Shown here piece by piece: positions 1 to 13,463 of a DNA stretch of 64,000 nucleotides. Source of the stretch: Isurus oxyrinchus. Lineage: Eukaryota. Position numbers and translations under genes: made by a program. The stretch covers positions 57,722,001 through 57,786,000 of the forward strand of contig JANJGN010000013.1 in NCBI GenBank assembly GCA_026770705.1, given 5' to 3'. The notes under the pieces are model-generated. The model made no database searches. It saw only the letters and a program-made list of their open reading frames with translations, and was not told where the DNA came from. How positions within the stretch are numbered: the stretch's first letter is position 1; every line of letters starts with the position of its first letter.

Positions 1-920
1 AAGGTCAGGAGTGGGGATGTTCACTGATGATTGCACAATGTTGAGCACCATTCGAGGCTGCTCAGATACTGAAGCAGTCCATGTCTAAATGCAGCAAGGC
101 CTGGACAATATTCAGGCTTGGGCAGATAAGCTGCAAGTAACATTTGCGCCACACAAGTGCCAGGCAATGATCAACTCCAATGAGAGAGAATCCAACCATT
201 TTCCCTTGACATTCAATGGCATTACCATCACTGAATCCCCCACCAGCAACAACTTGGGAGCTACCATTGACCAGAAATTGAACTGGACCAGCCATATAAA
301 TACTGTGGCTACAGGAGCACGTCAGATACTGGGAATTCTGCGGAGAGTAACTCACCTCCTGACTCCCCAAAGCCTATTCACTATCTACAAGGCAGGAGTC
401 AGAAGAGTGATGGAATACTCTCCAATTTCTTGGATGAGGGAAACTCCAATAACACTCAAGAAGCTTGACCCCATCCAGGATAAACCAGCCCACTTGTTTG
501 GCACGTCTTCCAAAAGCTTCAGCATCCACTCCCTCCACAACCGATGCACAGTTGCAGCAGTGTGTACCATCTACAAGATGCACTGCAGGGACTCACCAAG
601 ACACCTCGGACAGAACCTTCCAACCCGGTGACCTCTACCCCTAGAAGGGCAAAGGCAGCAGATACTTGGCCACACCACCATCTGCAAGTTCCCTTCCAAG
701 CCACTTACCATCCTGACTTGAGACTGTATTACTATTCCTTCTCTGTCGTTGTGTCAAAGTCCTGGACTTCTTTCCCTAACAGCATTGTCAGTGTACCTAC
801 ACCACCTGGACTGCAGCGGTTCAAGAAGGCAACTCACCACCACCTTCTCAAGGAAAAGTGAGAACGCGCAATAAATGATGTCCCAGCCAGCGATACCCAC
901 ATCCCGTGAAAGAATAAAAA
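1..920 (+). mobile_element. LINE (CR1/L2-group) 3' fragment: RT C-terminus and 3' UTR
   Basis: ORF 89-631 (LDNIQAWADKLQVTFAPHKCQ...LGATIDQKLNWTSHI...IYKAGVRRVMEYS) is typical of a LINE RT C-terminus. The same family recurs at ~13464, 34585, 44210, 46005 and 47400. Confidence 0.8.
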
Positions 921-979
921 TAACAGCTGTTACATTTGACTCATTCGTTTTCCACCCTTCAATCCATTGACAGTTTAAA

Positions 980-1622
980 CCTCAATTTCCTGTGACCTCA
1001 AATATTTCTCCAAAATCCTCTATCAAAGTCATAATTAACATCTTATGTGATTATGATGAAGGTAAATTGTCACCCCTCTTCCTTCTTCACTTGTCTGCTG
1101 CCTTTGACACATATCACACCATCCTTCAGCAGCATATCTGCGCCATATTCCGCCTGGTTAGGACTGACCTCCTCTGATTCCATTCTTATATATGTGAATC
1201 ATAGCCAGAGTATCACTTCCAGTGGTTTCTTTCCGTTGCCACACCATTGCCTCCGGTGCCTTCCAGGGGTTTGCCTTGACCCTCCCTAAGTCTATAATCT
1301 CCACCAGCCTCGCAATCCTCCAGGATACCTTCTCCCCTCTAATTCTGCCTCCCGAGCACCCCTGGTTATAATTGCTCCATCACTTGCCCTTTTACTTGCC
1401 GTGCCTTCTGTTACCTATGCCCTAAACTCTGGAATTCTCTTCATAACCCTCTCCGCCCCACTTTCCTCCTTTAAGATGGTCTTTAAATCCTACCTCCATG
1501 ACTAAGCTTTTGAACGCCCTAACATCGGCGCATGTGGTTTAGTATCAAATTTTGATCTAATAACGGCCTTGTGAAGGACATTGATTACATTAAAATCGCT
1601 ATATTAATGCAAGTTGTTGTTG
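980..1622 (+). mobile_element. Degenerate L2-like LINE fragment
   Basis: LLHLSAAFDT (L2 RT motif LDLSAAFDT) in ORF 992-1177; ends in a gctatattaatgcaagttgttgttgt tail. Confidence 0.6.
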
Positions 1623-1984
1623 TATAAACCTGTTTCCTTATCCGTTTATTTCTCACAACGTTTTACTAAGACTTGAATGTTTCTCCCAGGTCATTTGTGA
1701 TAGCTCGCTCACATTCCAGGACAGGATAGAAGCAAAGTGTCTTGTGTTTGTCCATCCTTGACTTAGCTCCAATACATATCATTGCTCAGATGCCAACAAA
1801 GTCAATGCTCAATCCCCTTAACTATTCGCTGTGTACAAATCAGGTCGGGACTCGCACACCGCTCTGCTAATCAAATTCGTGCTTGCCGATTACGTCGCCG
1901 CTATTAAACCGCTCACTCCCAGCAACACCACACCAACCACACACCCCCCCCCCCCCCCCCCCCCCCCCCGCCCGCACCTCAGCT

Positions 1985-3049
1985 TTCCCTCTCGTTGACA
2001 GGGCCCTCAACCGTGTCCGGCCCATCTCCCGCGCATCCGCCCTCACGCCTTCTCCTCCCTCCCAGAAACATGATAGGGTCCCCCTTGTCCTCACTTATCA
2101 CCCCACCAGCCTCCGCATTCAAAGGATCATCCTCCGCCATTTCCGCCAACTCCAGCATGATGCCACCACCAAACACATCTTCCCTTCACCCCCCTTATCG
2201 GCATTCCGTAGGGATCGCTCCCTCCGGGACACCCTGGTCCACTCCTCCATCACCCCCTACTCCTCAACCCCCTCCTATGGCACCACCCCATGCCCACGCA
2301 AAAGATGTAACACCTGCCCCTTCACTTCCTCTCTCCTCACCGTCCAAGGGCCCAAACATTCCTTTCAAGTGAAGCAGCATTTCACTTGCATTTTCCCCAA
2401 CTTAGTCTACTGCATTCGTTGCTCCCAATGTGGTCTCCTCTACATTGGAGAGACCAAACGTAAACTGGGCGACCGCTTTGCAGAACACCTGCGGTCTGTC
2501 CGCAAGAATGACCCAAACCTCCCTGTCGCTTGCCATTTTAACACTCCACCCTGCTCTCTTGCACACATGTCTGTCCTTGGCTTACTGCATTGTTCCAGTG
2601 AAGCCCAACGCAAACTGGAGGAACAACACCTCATCTTCCGACTAGGCACCTTACAGCCTTCCGGTCTGAATATTGAATTCAACAACTTTAGGTCGTGAGC
2701 TCCCTCCCCCATCGCCACCCCCTCTCTGTTTCCCCCTTTTTTCCCCTTTTTTTTCCCTATAAATTTTATAGATTTTTCTTTTCCCACCTATTTCCATTAT
2801 TTTTAAATATTTTAAAATCTTTTATGCTCCCCCCACCCCCACTAGAGCTGTACCTTGAGTGCCCTACCATCCATTCTTAATTAGCACATTCGTTTAGATA
2901 ATATCACCAACTTTAACTTTAACACCTATGTGTTCTTTTGTACCATTGTCACTGACATCTTTTGATGATCTGCTTCTATCACTGCTTGTTTGTCTACACA
3001 AGCACCTCTGCCTCTCTCTCTCTCTCCGCCCACCCCTCTCCCCCCCCCC

Positions 3050-3080
<31 letters not shown>

Positions 3081-3232
3081 ACACCTTAAACCAGCTTATA
3101 TTTCAACTCTTTCTTGGACTCGAAATCAAGTTCTGTCGAAGGGTCATGAAGACTCGAAACGTCAACTCTTTTCTTCTCCGCCGATGCTGCCAGACCTGCT
3201 GAGTTTTTCCAGGTAATTCTGTTTTTGTTTTC
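1985..3232 (+). mobile_element. Penelope-like element, 5'-truncated (RT thumb/linker, GIY-YIG endonuclease, 3' terminus)
   Basis: ORF to 2698 contains NLVYCIRCSQCGLLYIGETKRKLGDRFAEH...HFN...GLN; near-identical to the copies at 22636-23950 and 31430-33454. Confidence 0.92.
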
Positions 3233-3392
3233 CTCTATTATAATCTTTAGGCTTCGATAACCCGAGCAAGTGTTCATCTTTCATCCTTGTTTAAGCGCAT
3301 CTTGGAATATGCGCTTCAACCATTCTCGTGTTGTGTTCTTAGGGTTTCGAAACTTCATTCTCTTTTTTTCCAAAATGGTTGGAATGCATATT

Positions 3393-3400
3393 ATGCAAAT
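3393..3400 (+). promoter_or_regulatory. Octamer ATGCAAAT upstream of Ig light-chain VJ1
   Basis: Exact octamer about 175 bp upstream of the leader ATG at 3570. Confidence 0.55.
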
Positions 3401-3569
3401 ATCAGTCAGCTAAAGCCCAGAATTGCTGCAGCCGATTTCACGTGGAAGGAGTTTTGATTACATGATCAATATTCAGTGACTATCTGAATATTGAATCTTC
3501 CTAAGGCGACGCTTAGTAATATCTCAGAAACTAATTAATTTCCTTCTGACTCCCACCAGAACCTTCACC

Positions 3570-3618
3570 ATGATTGAATGGGTTCAAGTTCTCGCCGTGT
3601 TAATGCTCTGTCCCCACC
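3570..3618 (+). CDS. IGL: Ig lambda (type II) light chain VJ1, leader exon
   Basis: ATG 3570 encodes MIEWVQVLAVLMLCPH; phase-1 donor C|gtaagt at 3619; homologous to the leader at 19192. Confidence 0.88.
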
Positions 3619-3764
3619 GTAAGTACTGATGTTAGCCTGCACCATCGCTGCTATTTGCGTTGTCCTGACCGTTTTTTTTTCGTGCATGAGTTTAATGAAC
3701 CTGAAATACAAACAATATCAACAATTGCACAGAATTTGTAATCAATAACTTGTTATTTTACCAG

Positions 3765-4109
3765 ATACAAACGGGGACCCTGTCCTGACTAAACCAAGGT
3801 CCATCTCTACATCCGCGGGCAGAACCGTCTCGATCAAATGTATTATGTGCAGAGACAGCAGCAACGACAGCTACTCCGCGAGGTGGTATTGGCAGAAACC
3901 CGGCAGCACCCCTGTGTTTATTTGGTACGGGAGCTCCACGAGAGAGTCGCGTGTTCCTGAACGATTTACCGGGTCTGTGGACTCATCGAGCAACAAGAAA
4001 CAGTTCACCATCAGCAACATGAAATCGGAGGATACCGCTGATTATTACTGCAGTGTAGAGAATAACGGAATATTCACCTTCGGTGGAGGGACGAAGCTGA
4101 ACCTAGGCG
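3765..4109 (+). CDS. IGL: Ig lambda (type II) light chain VJ1, germline-joined V-J exon
   Basis: Acceptor ttttaccag at 3764, in frame with the leader. Encodes DPVLTKPRSISTSAGRTVSIKC...WYWQKPG...RFTGSVDSSSN...EDTADYYCSVENNGIFTFGGGTKLNLG, then donor G|gtaaaa at 4110. No RSS between V and J. Confidence 0.9.
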
Positions 4110-5374
4110 GTAAAAAAAAGTATTTGCAATCCGAAGTTTGGAGCTTGCCAGCAGCAGTTTTCGATTAGTGTTTGGCTTTTTGTTAGCCCAAGTTCACTGG
4201 ATCGGAATAGATCAGTGTCCTAGTGTCTCGTAATAGCAGAGCCAATGGCATTTTTCCTACTCGGTTTCCAAAACTCTCATCAAATTGTCCTCCAGCATTT
4301 GCAACGTCACCGATCAAGTATCCAAAGTACTTTAAAATCGAAGTACTTGGTGTAAATCAAAGTTATTGTCTCAAAATATACTCACGCGTGAAATATATTC
4401 CAGTGATATTCAAGGGATAGCCAGGTGCAACGAGCGCCCGAATTTACAGAGGTCACCCTGGCCTTGGCGAGTGATCAGAGGCAATTTCTGAAGATGTCAC
4501 CAGTACTGTGAGGTTTTAGTTACGAGACAACACAACTTATTCTCATTCAACAAGAAGCTTTTTTGTGTGATCTGGTAAAAATGTTCAAAATGACAAGCCA
4601 TTGTGTTACAACAAGGTGAAACCAAATATTTTCGCTCATGGGTCAAAAGGTAACATGAGGACCTAAATTGAATATCATAGCGAGAAGGATAAAATGTTTT
4701 CTGCAGCCAATGGACTGTTAGGACTGCAGTGTCTTAGTTGTAGTCTTGAAGCGAGCAAAACAACAACAACGTTTAAAAGGAGTGCATAAATGCTTCAGAA
4801 GGAAAAATAAATACAAGGGAATTAGATTAAGGGGGCGGGTCTGTGCCTTCTAAATATATCTCTCTCTGAATCCCACAGAGTCTTTCAGACTGGCGTACCC
4901 CTGCCCTTGCAGCCCTTCTCAAAATACTAGAAACACAAATTTAAAGCATTTCCTAGATATTGTTTCCATTCCACTAAAGCACTGCAGCGATTTCATAACC
5001 ATTCTGGGACTGAGACTGCGGGCGGATAGTGTGATGACCTGCTGTAGGTCAATTTCACCGAGCTCCAAATTCACTGAAAACTGTTCAGTACAAGATTCTC
5101 AGTACATTTGACATTACGCCCCTCTGGCTATAGTAATCGTTACGTTGTGCTAAGTTCAGTTGCTGATAGCGATCAATAGTAATCGATTTTCTGCATAACG
5201 CTGGAATAAATATCAATTATCGACAGGGTGCATATTTTCTTAAAAAGTCGGGGGTTCATTATCTTACCAGCCGATCAGCTCTGTGGGAATGTGTCGGAAC
5301 AGCTTTTCAGATTTTTATACCAGCTTTTGCACTGAGTCAAGCTTTGTCACTGTTCAATGTCAATGAAGCATGGA

Positions 5375-6020
5375 ATCGTAGAATCTTAGAATAGTTACAG
5401 CACGGAAAGAGGTCATTCTTGTGCCGGCTCTGTCAAGAAACACTCAGCTTGCCCCACAGCCCCCGTTCTTCACCCGTAGCTCTGTGTTTTTCTTTCCTCT
5501 TCAGCTGCTTATCCAATTCCTTCTTGAAAGTCACTATTGACTCGGCCTCTACCCCGCTCTCAGGCAGCACCATCTGATTGCTGCATAATAAATTCTTCTT
5601 CGCCTCGCCATTGGTTATTTTACCATTCACATTAAATTGATATCCGCTGGTTCGAAATCCTTTCATCAATGGAAAGGTTTTCTTCCCATCCACTCTTCGC
5701 AGACCTCTCATGGTTTTGAACACTCCTAACAAATCTCCTCTCACTTTTCACTAATGAGAACAACCCTCGGCTTCTCCAATTGATGGACACAACCGAAGTG
5801 CCTCATCCCTGGAACCATTCTCGTAAATATTTTCTGCACACTCTCTAGAACCAACACATCCTTTCTATGCTATGGTGCAATACTCCCTTTGAAGTTGAAT
5901 TGGTGTTTTATAAATGTTTGTTACAACCTCCTTGCTGTTGTACTCTATTTATAAAGTCCAGTATGCCTTTTTTAACCATTTTCTCAACCTGCCCTGACAT
6001 CCATTTATGCGCATATACAT
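5375..6020 (-). mobile_element. CR1 LINE 3' fragment
   Basis: ORF 5433-5744 (RGDLLGVFKTMRGLRRVD...) matches the CR1 ORF2 C-terminus. Confidence 0.75.
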
Positions 6021-6024
6021 CCAG

Positions 6025-6160
6025 GCAAAAGTAAAATACTGTGGATGCTGGAAATCTGAAACAAAAACTGAAAATGCTGGAAAAACTCAGCAGGTCTAGC
6101 AGCATCTGTAGAGAGAAAAAAATAGAGTTAACGTTTCGAGTCCGTATGACTTTTTCAGAG
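6025..6160 (-). mobile_element. Solo PLE terminus (older related subfamily)
   Basis: gatgctggaaatct...ctggaaaaactcagcaggtctagcagcatc...gagttaacgtttcgagtc is homologous to the PLE 3' end; a similar piece lies at 14175-14290. Confidence 0.7.
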
Positions 6161-9100
6161 TACCTTGGGTGACGAAAGAGAGAAAGTGAGAGTAAGATGA
6201 AGCAGAAACAGGGTGCATATGCCAGGTTTTAAGTTGATAATATAAGCAAGAACTACATTGAAAATAGAAAGTTCAGAGGGGAAGTGGAAAAGAAATGAGA
6301 AGCAAAGCATGAAAAGAGACTGGCGGCTAACATAAAAGGAAATCCAAAGATCCAAAGGGTAGTGAGAGAAGTGGGGGATGGGGAGGGGGTGGAAAAGAGA
6401 CCCAAAAAAATCCATACATGCAATGGCTTGAGGTAATAAATCAATACTTTGTATTAGTCTTCCCAACGAGGCATATGTTTCCCTAGTCATCGTGAAAGAA
6501 GAGGCAGTGGAGACACTGGGTTGGATAAAAATTGATAAAGAAGTATTGTAAATGTGGTCTGCACATAAAGTTGGTAAGTCTCCAGGAGCAGGTGTGATGT
6601 GTCCGAGGATACTGAGAGAAGTAAGGGTGGAAACTGCCGAGGCATTGGCCATAAATTTGCAATCCTCAGAAGACACAGGGTGATACCAGAGGACCACAGA
6701 TTTACAAATGTTACACTCTTGTTCAAAAAGATGTGTGAGGATAAGACCAACACTTACAGACTAGTCAATTTAACCTCAGTGGGTGGGAAACTTTTAGAAA
6801 CAATAAACTGTGAAAAATTGACAGTAACTCAGACAAATGTGGATTAATTAAGGAAAGCTGGCTCGAATTTGTTAAAGGCAAATCGTGTTGACCTAATTTG
6901 ATTGAGCTTTTCTTTCTGATCAGACAACAGAGAGGATTGATAAAAGTAATCAGATTGATCATGTTGTCGATGGATTTCCAATAGGTGTTTGATAAGGTTC
7001 CACATAATAGCCTTGCTGGCAAAATTGAAGTTCATGGAGTAGAAGGGACAGTGGCAGCATGGGTATGAAGTTAGCTGAGTGATAGGAAATAATGAGTCGC
7101 ATTGAACGGTTCTTTTATTTTGGACTAGAGGAAGGGATACAATGGGTTTCCCGAGGTTTCAGTAATAGGGCCACTGCTTTTCTTGATGCATATTAATGGC
7201 CTAGACTTGGGCATTAAGAACACAATTTCAAAATTTGTAGATGACACAAAAAGTTAGAAGTTTTGTGAACTGAGAGGATGATGGTGATTAACTTCAGGAG
7301 GATATTGATAAACTCTGAGAGGACATAGTCACATTTGTAAAATTGGCAGGCACATGTCAGAAAAAAAAATCCAGAAAGTGGGAAGGCATACATGTTGGTA
7401 GGAAAGACTTGGAGAGGCAATATAAAATAAATGGTACAACTCTAAAGAAGTGCAGGAACAGGCTGCCTGGATTAATCAATGGCCTCAGAGTGAAGGCACC
7501 AGTACATAGCAGTGACCACAATATGATTTATTTTTATCTCCAGTTTGAAAGGGAGAAGAGTGGGTCTAAGGCTAGCATTTTAAACTTAATTAAGGGCAAC
7601 TTATGTGGGAATGAAAGCTGAACTAGCTGAAGTGAACTGGGATACTAGGCTAGAGGGTAGATCAGTAGAGGAGCAGACACAGACATTTAAGGGACATTTC
7701 AGAATACTCAGAAAAAGTGTGTTCCTACTATAAAGAAAAATTCTAACAGGGACTACCAACCATCTGTGGTTAACTAAAGAATTTAAGGAAAGCATTATAA
7801 TTAAGGAAAATGCACATAACTGCGCAAAGATGAGTAGCAGGTCAGATGGTTGGTCAGAATATAAAGAACGGCAGAGAATGACTAAAGGTTAATCAGGAGA
7901 AAGAAATTAGAGTATAAGAGGAAGATAGCTAGAAATTTAAAAATGGTTAGTTTCTACAGGTATCTAAAAAGTAAGAGTAAGTAAAATGAGTTTTCCTCCT
8001 CTAGAGAGTAAGAAAGGGGAGTTAAAGTAGATAATAAGAAAATGGCAGATGAAATGAACAAATATTTTGCCTCTGTCTTCACTACAGATAATACAAAATG
8101 CATTCCAGTGATAACTGTAAATCAGGAGGTGGAAGGGAAGCTTGCTGAAATTACAGTCACTAGAGAATGAGTAATCAGCAAACTGATGGAGCTGCAGGCT
8201 GACAAGTCTCTGGGTCCTGATAGACTTCATCTTAGGATCATAAAGGGGATGGTTAATGAGGTGGTAGATGTATTGGCATTAATTTTCCTAAATTCACTAG
8301 GTTCTGGAAAGGTCCCATTGGACTGGAAAGTAGCAAATATAATCCCTCTATTCAAGAAAGGAGGGAGGTAGTAAACAGGAAACTATAGGCCTATTAGCTT
8401 GCCATCTGTCGTGGGGAAGGTGTGAGTGTTGATTATTAGAGAAACTCAAGGTAATCGGGAAGAGTCAACATGGTTTTGTGAAAGGGAAATCATGTTTAAC
8501 TAATTTATTGGAGTTCTTTGAAGGAGTACCATGCACTATGGATAAAGGGGAGCCTGTAAACACACTATTTGTATTTCCAGAAGGCATTTAATAAGGTGCT
8601 ACATCAAAGGTAATTGTGGGAAATAAAAGCTCATGGTGTAAGGGTAACATATTAACATATTAGATGGAAGATTGGCTGGCTGGCAGAAAACAGGAAGCAT
8701 GCATAAATGGGTCTGCTTCTGATTGGTAGGATGTGATGAGTGGAGCCCTGCATAGGTCTGTACTGGGTTCTCAACTTTTTACAATTTATATCAATGATTT
8801 AAATGGGGGCAGTGAAGGCTTGTTAGCTAAATTTGCAAATGACACAAAGATCGATAGGAAATTATGTTGTGGAGAGGACATAAGGAGGTTGCAGACAGAT
8901 ATGAATAGGTTGAGTGAATAGGCAAAAAAACTGGCAGATAAAGTTTAATGTAGGGAAATGTGAAGTTGTTCACTTTGGCAGGAAGAATAAAAAAGCAGAG
9001 AATTGCTTAAAAGGAGAACAACTGCAGAATTCCAAGGTGTAGAGGGATCGAGATGTTCTTGCTCATGAGTCATAAAAAGTTAGTTTAAGGCACAACAAGT

Positions 9101-9770
9101 AATTAAGACGGCTCATGGAATGCTATACTTTATTATGAGAGAAATCCAACTTAAAAGTAAGGACGTTATGCTTCAGTTATCCAGGGCATTGGTGAGACTG
9201 CACCTAGAATACTGTTCTGGTCTCCTTATTTAACGAAGGATGTAAATGTGTTGGAGGCAGTTCAGAGGAGGTTTACTAGATTGATGAGGATGCCTGAGAT
9301 GAGCAGGTTGTCTTATGAGGAAAGGTTAGACTGACTGGGCTTTTTTCCACTGGAGTTCAGGAGAGTTAGTTGTCACTTGATGAAATATATAAGACAGTAT
9401 TGACAAGGTGGATGTGGAAAGGATGTTTCCTTTGGTGGGTGAGTCCAGAAGTAAGGGGCACTGTTTTAAAATTAGGGGGTTGCCCTTTCAGGACGGAGAT
9501 GAGGGGATTTTTTTTTCTCTCAGACAATTGTGAGACTTTGGAATTCCCTGCCTCAGAAGGCGGTGGAGGCGGGGGTCATTGAATATTTTTAAGGCAGAGG
9601 TAGACAGATTCTTGTTAGGAAAAGTAATCAAAGCTTATCGGGGTAGATGGGAATGTGGAATTCGAAACACAAATAGATCAACCACGAACTTATTGAATAG
9701 CGGAGCAGGCTCGAGGAGCCGAATGGCCTACTTCTGCTCCAATTTCGTATGTTCGTATGTTCGATGTCTG
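6160..9770 (+). mobile_element. Two juxtaposed degenerate CR1 LINE ORF2 fragments (junction near 7460)
   Basis: DKSLGPDRLHLRI...DWKVANIIPLFKKG and SVLGSQLFTIYINDL...KFANDTK motifs; 3' tail atgttcgtatgttcg near 9750. Confidence 0.85.
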
Positions 9771-11089
9771 TAAAACCAAATACCAAGAACAGAATCAATT
9801 ATAATAGCACAGCCTCCACTTTTCACCCCTTTCTTTTCAGTGCTCTGAGTATTATAAACCATTTTATCAAGGGATTCCGTTGACAGATGATGCTTGTCAT
9901 TCCAAGAGAAAGGAGATTTTGACAGAGTTTCGATCTTCTTACACTGTTGTTGCATTGTTACTATCGTAGGAATATTTCGATTTAATAAGAAAAAGAAAGT
10001 ATGAACTTGCAGTAATATAGCGCCGATCACGACAACAGAACACCTCAACTTTCTTCCTCTCTAATATATGAAAGCTGGCTAATTATTTGCGTAGCTGCAA
10101 TGAGATAATGGCCAGTTACGCTTCTTTCGCGATGTTGGTTGAGGGTTAAATATCGGCCAGGACATGTTGGCTTTCTTACATTCATAGGATACCAGGATCA
10201 TTTGTGACCTTAGGAACAGCCGTTTTTCAAGTCGGCCCCGGCACAATTAATTGTCCCACGCTCAGGGTTACGAACCAGCGAATTTTTGGCGGTGATGACG
10301 GATGAGCTCGACCGGGGGGCGCAATTGCTGCTTACAGGCGGAGGATACTTTGGGGGAGAGGGCTTTTTTTCCTTTAGACCCACTGAAGAAAGCAAGGGAA
10401 AACCACTTGGTGGATTCTTTTCTCCGGTCATATTGATCATTGAAGTTGAAATTGGGAGCCTTGAGGGCAACTGAAGAAGAAAGTGCAGGACCGCGAGGCT
10501 GGAAAAATTAGCATAGTACAAGGCCTTGGTCATGCATATTATGGAGGCATTATTAGACAATACAAGTATAATTGTTTACAATAATGATCTCTGTTTGTTT
10601 GGAAACGAGTTCTCTTTCAACGTATCCTTTGTGAAACTTTGACCCCAGGGCTGTCTCCAAATAGTGCATTTCGAATGTGATAGACCTTGTGCAAACTGGA
10701 GCAGCGCGCCCATGGCAATTATTGTAAGTCCAAACACTTGTTCGATATTTACCAGATTAGTACAAAACTGAAGAAAGAAACAAACAATCGAGATTAACAA
10801 AGAATCAAATGTTCTGAGCTCATATTACAGAAATGTTGCTGTCAGCTTGATTCCAATATTTAATCCAAATTCTTGATATATTGATTTTTAGGTTTCCTTG
10901 AAATCCTCAGCAGCTGACACACAGACAGTCCTGTACATATGAATGTAAATGTGCCCTCGTATTATTTTGAAGTTTTGATTTATTATTTTTGATCCCATTA
11001 TTTCATTTAGATATAAATCCTTTTTGCGGATGTCTATCTGTTGCTTTCCATGTCAACAAAGTAGGAACATTTTCTTAGGTTATCCAGAA

Positions 11090-12848
11090 ATACCTGGATA
11101 CTTTGTTCCAAATGGCAGTCACACTTCATAGAAGAGGGTCATCTGTTTTGGTCAGCAGTAAGGGACAGGAGGATGTAACCGTGAGTGAAGCAGGTATTAG
11201 GACTGAGCAGGCAGTAGTGGAGGAGTCTCAGGCTTTGCAATTGTCAAACTGGTGTGAGGTGCTCACAATCTGTGTGGATGAAAGTGAAGTCTGCAAGGTA
11301 GATGAGCTGGCTGGTCATGGCACTGTACAGGAAGCCATTCAAGCAGAGGGAGCAAAAAGGAATGTAGTGGTAGTAGTGGATAGTATAAGAGGGGGATTGA
11401 CATTGTTCTCTGCAGCAAAGAGTGAGAGTCCAGACAGATATGTTGCCTGCCTGGTGCCAGGGTTGGGGTCATCTGCTCAGGGCTGGAGAGGAACTTGCAG
11501 TAGAGGGGGAGGGTACAGTTGTCGTGGTCCATGTAGATACCAATGACATAGGTAGAACTAGAAAAGAGGCTCTGCAATGTCAACATGAGGAGCAAGGTAC
11601 CAAATTAAGAAGCAGAAATTCAAAGGTAATAATCTCTGGATTATGACTTGAGCCATATGCAAATTGGCATTGGGCAAAGAAGATTAGAGTCACAAATGCG
11701 TGGCTCAAAGATGGGTGTGGGAGAAGTAGGCTCCAGTTTGTGGAGCAGTGACATCAGTACTGGGGAAAGTGGGGGCTGTACCGTTGGGACAATTTATGCC
11801 TGAACTGTGCTAGTGCGAGAGTCCTCGCAAATCACATAACTAGGGAAGTAGAGAGGGCTTTAAACTAAACAAGAGGGATGAGGGATCAAGCTTGCATAGA
11901 GGTAGTAATTCAAGGTGTAGATTCAAGACAGGAGGGCAAAATAATAATATGAGAAATGAGAGTCAGAGAATGGCAGAGAGGGACAGAGAGAAAAAACCTA
12001 AGCATATACCAACAGTCAAGACTAGATGTAACAAAGCTAACAAAAATACAAAACTGAATGCTCCCTATCTGAATGCACGTAGCATTCATAACAAAGTAAA
12101 TTAATTGATAGGATGAAAGCTGAGCTAGCTGAAGTGAACTGGGAAACTATGCTATAGGTTAGATCAATAGAGAAGCAGTGGCAAACATTTAAGGGGATAT
12201 TTCAGAGCATTCAGAATAAGTACATTCCTACTATAAAGAAAAATTCCAAGGGGAGAGCCCACTATCCATGGTTATTAAAAGTAGTTCTTAAGTGCATTGA
12301 CGGGCAGAGGAATCAGGATGTACAGGTCCACAGGTCACTGAAAGTGGCAACGCAGGTGGATAATGTAGTCAGGAAGGCATATAGCATGCTTGCCTTCATC
12401 GGCAGGCGTATAAAAGCTGAGAAATCATGCTGTAGCTATATAGAACCTTGGTTAGGCCACACTTGGAATATTGCGTGCAATTCCAGTCGCCTCATTACCA
12501 GAAGGATATGGAGGCATTGGAGAGGGTGCAGTGGATGTTTGCCAGGATGCTGCCTGGTCTGGAGGTTATTAGCTATGAGAAGAGGTTGGAGAAACTCAGA
12601 TTATTCTCACTAGAGTAACAGAGATTGAGGGGCAAGTTGATAGAAGTTTACAAAATTATGAGTGGCATCGACAGAGTAGATAATCAGAAGCCTTTTCCCA
12701 GGGTGGAAGAGTCAATTACTAGGGGACATAGATTTAAGGTGAGAGGGGAAAACTTTAGAGGAAATGTGCAGGGCAAGTTTTTTACACAGAGGGTAGTGAG
12801 TGCCTGGAATTCACTGCCAGAGAAGGTGGTGCAAGCAGGTACAATAGT
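11090..12848 (+). mobile_element. CR1 LINE with ORF1 (SGNH esterase-like) and internally deleted ORF2
   Basis: VVVVDSI, CLVPG and VVVHVDTNDIG esterase motifs; YLNARSIHNK endonuclease start; RGKLIEVYKIMSGIDRVD C-terminus. Confidence 0.8.
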
Positions 12849-13463
12849 ATAAAAACAGAAAACTGCGGATGCTGGAAATCCAAGACAAGAACAGAATTAC
12901 CTGGAAAAATTAAGCAGGTCTGGCAGCATCGGCGGAGAAGAAAAGAGTTGACATTTCGAGTCCTCATGACCCTTCAACAGAACTAGGTGAATCCAAGCAA
13001 AGGGGTGTAATATAAGTTGGTTTAAGGTGTGTGTGGGGGGTGTGGGTGGGGGAAGAGAAGTGGAGGGGGGTGGTTTGGTTGTAGGGACAAGCAAGCAGTG
13101 ATAAAAGCAGATCATCAAAAGATGTCACAGACAAAAGAACAAAAGAACACATAGGTGTTGAAGTTGGTGATATTATCTAAATGAATGTGCTAATTAAGAA
13201 TGAATGGTAGGGCACTCAAGGTATAGCTCTAGTGGGGGTAGGGGGAGCATAAAAGATTTAAAAATATTTAAAAATAATGGAAATAGGTGGGAAAAGAAAA
13301 ATCTATATAATTTATTGGTAAAAACAAAAGGAAGGGGGAAGAAACAGAAAGGGGGTCGGGATAGAGGAGGGAGTTCAAGACCTAAAGTTGTTGAATTCAA
13401 TATTCAGTCCGGAAGGCTGTAAAGTGCCTAGTTGGAAGATGAGGTGCTGTTCCTCCAGTTTGC
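12849..13463 (-). mobile_element. Penelope-like element 3' fragment
   Basis: Reverse complement of the PLE 3' end and GIY-YIG C-terminus; abuts a LINE fragment at 13464 with no TSD. Confidence 0.85.

Noticed and set aside
1680-1850. Exon-like segment (ctcccag ... cag|gtcggg)
   Set aside because: Stops in all three frames and no homology recognised.
1945-3085. Poly-C and (CA)n tracts giving polyproline ORFs or G-quadruplex potential
   Set aside because: Simple-sequence parts of, or next to, the PLE; similar tracts recur in the other copies.
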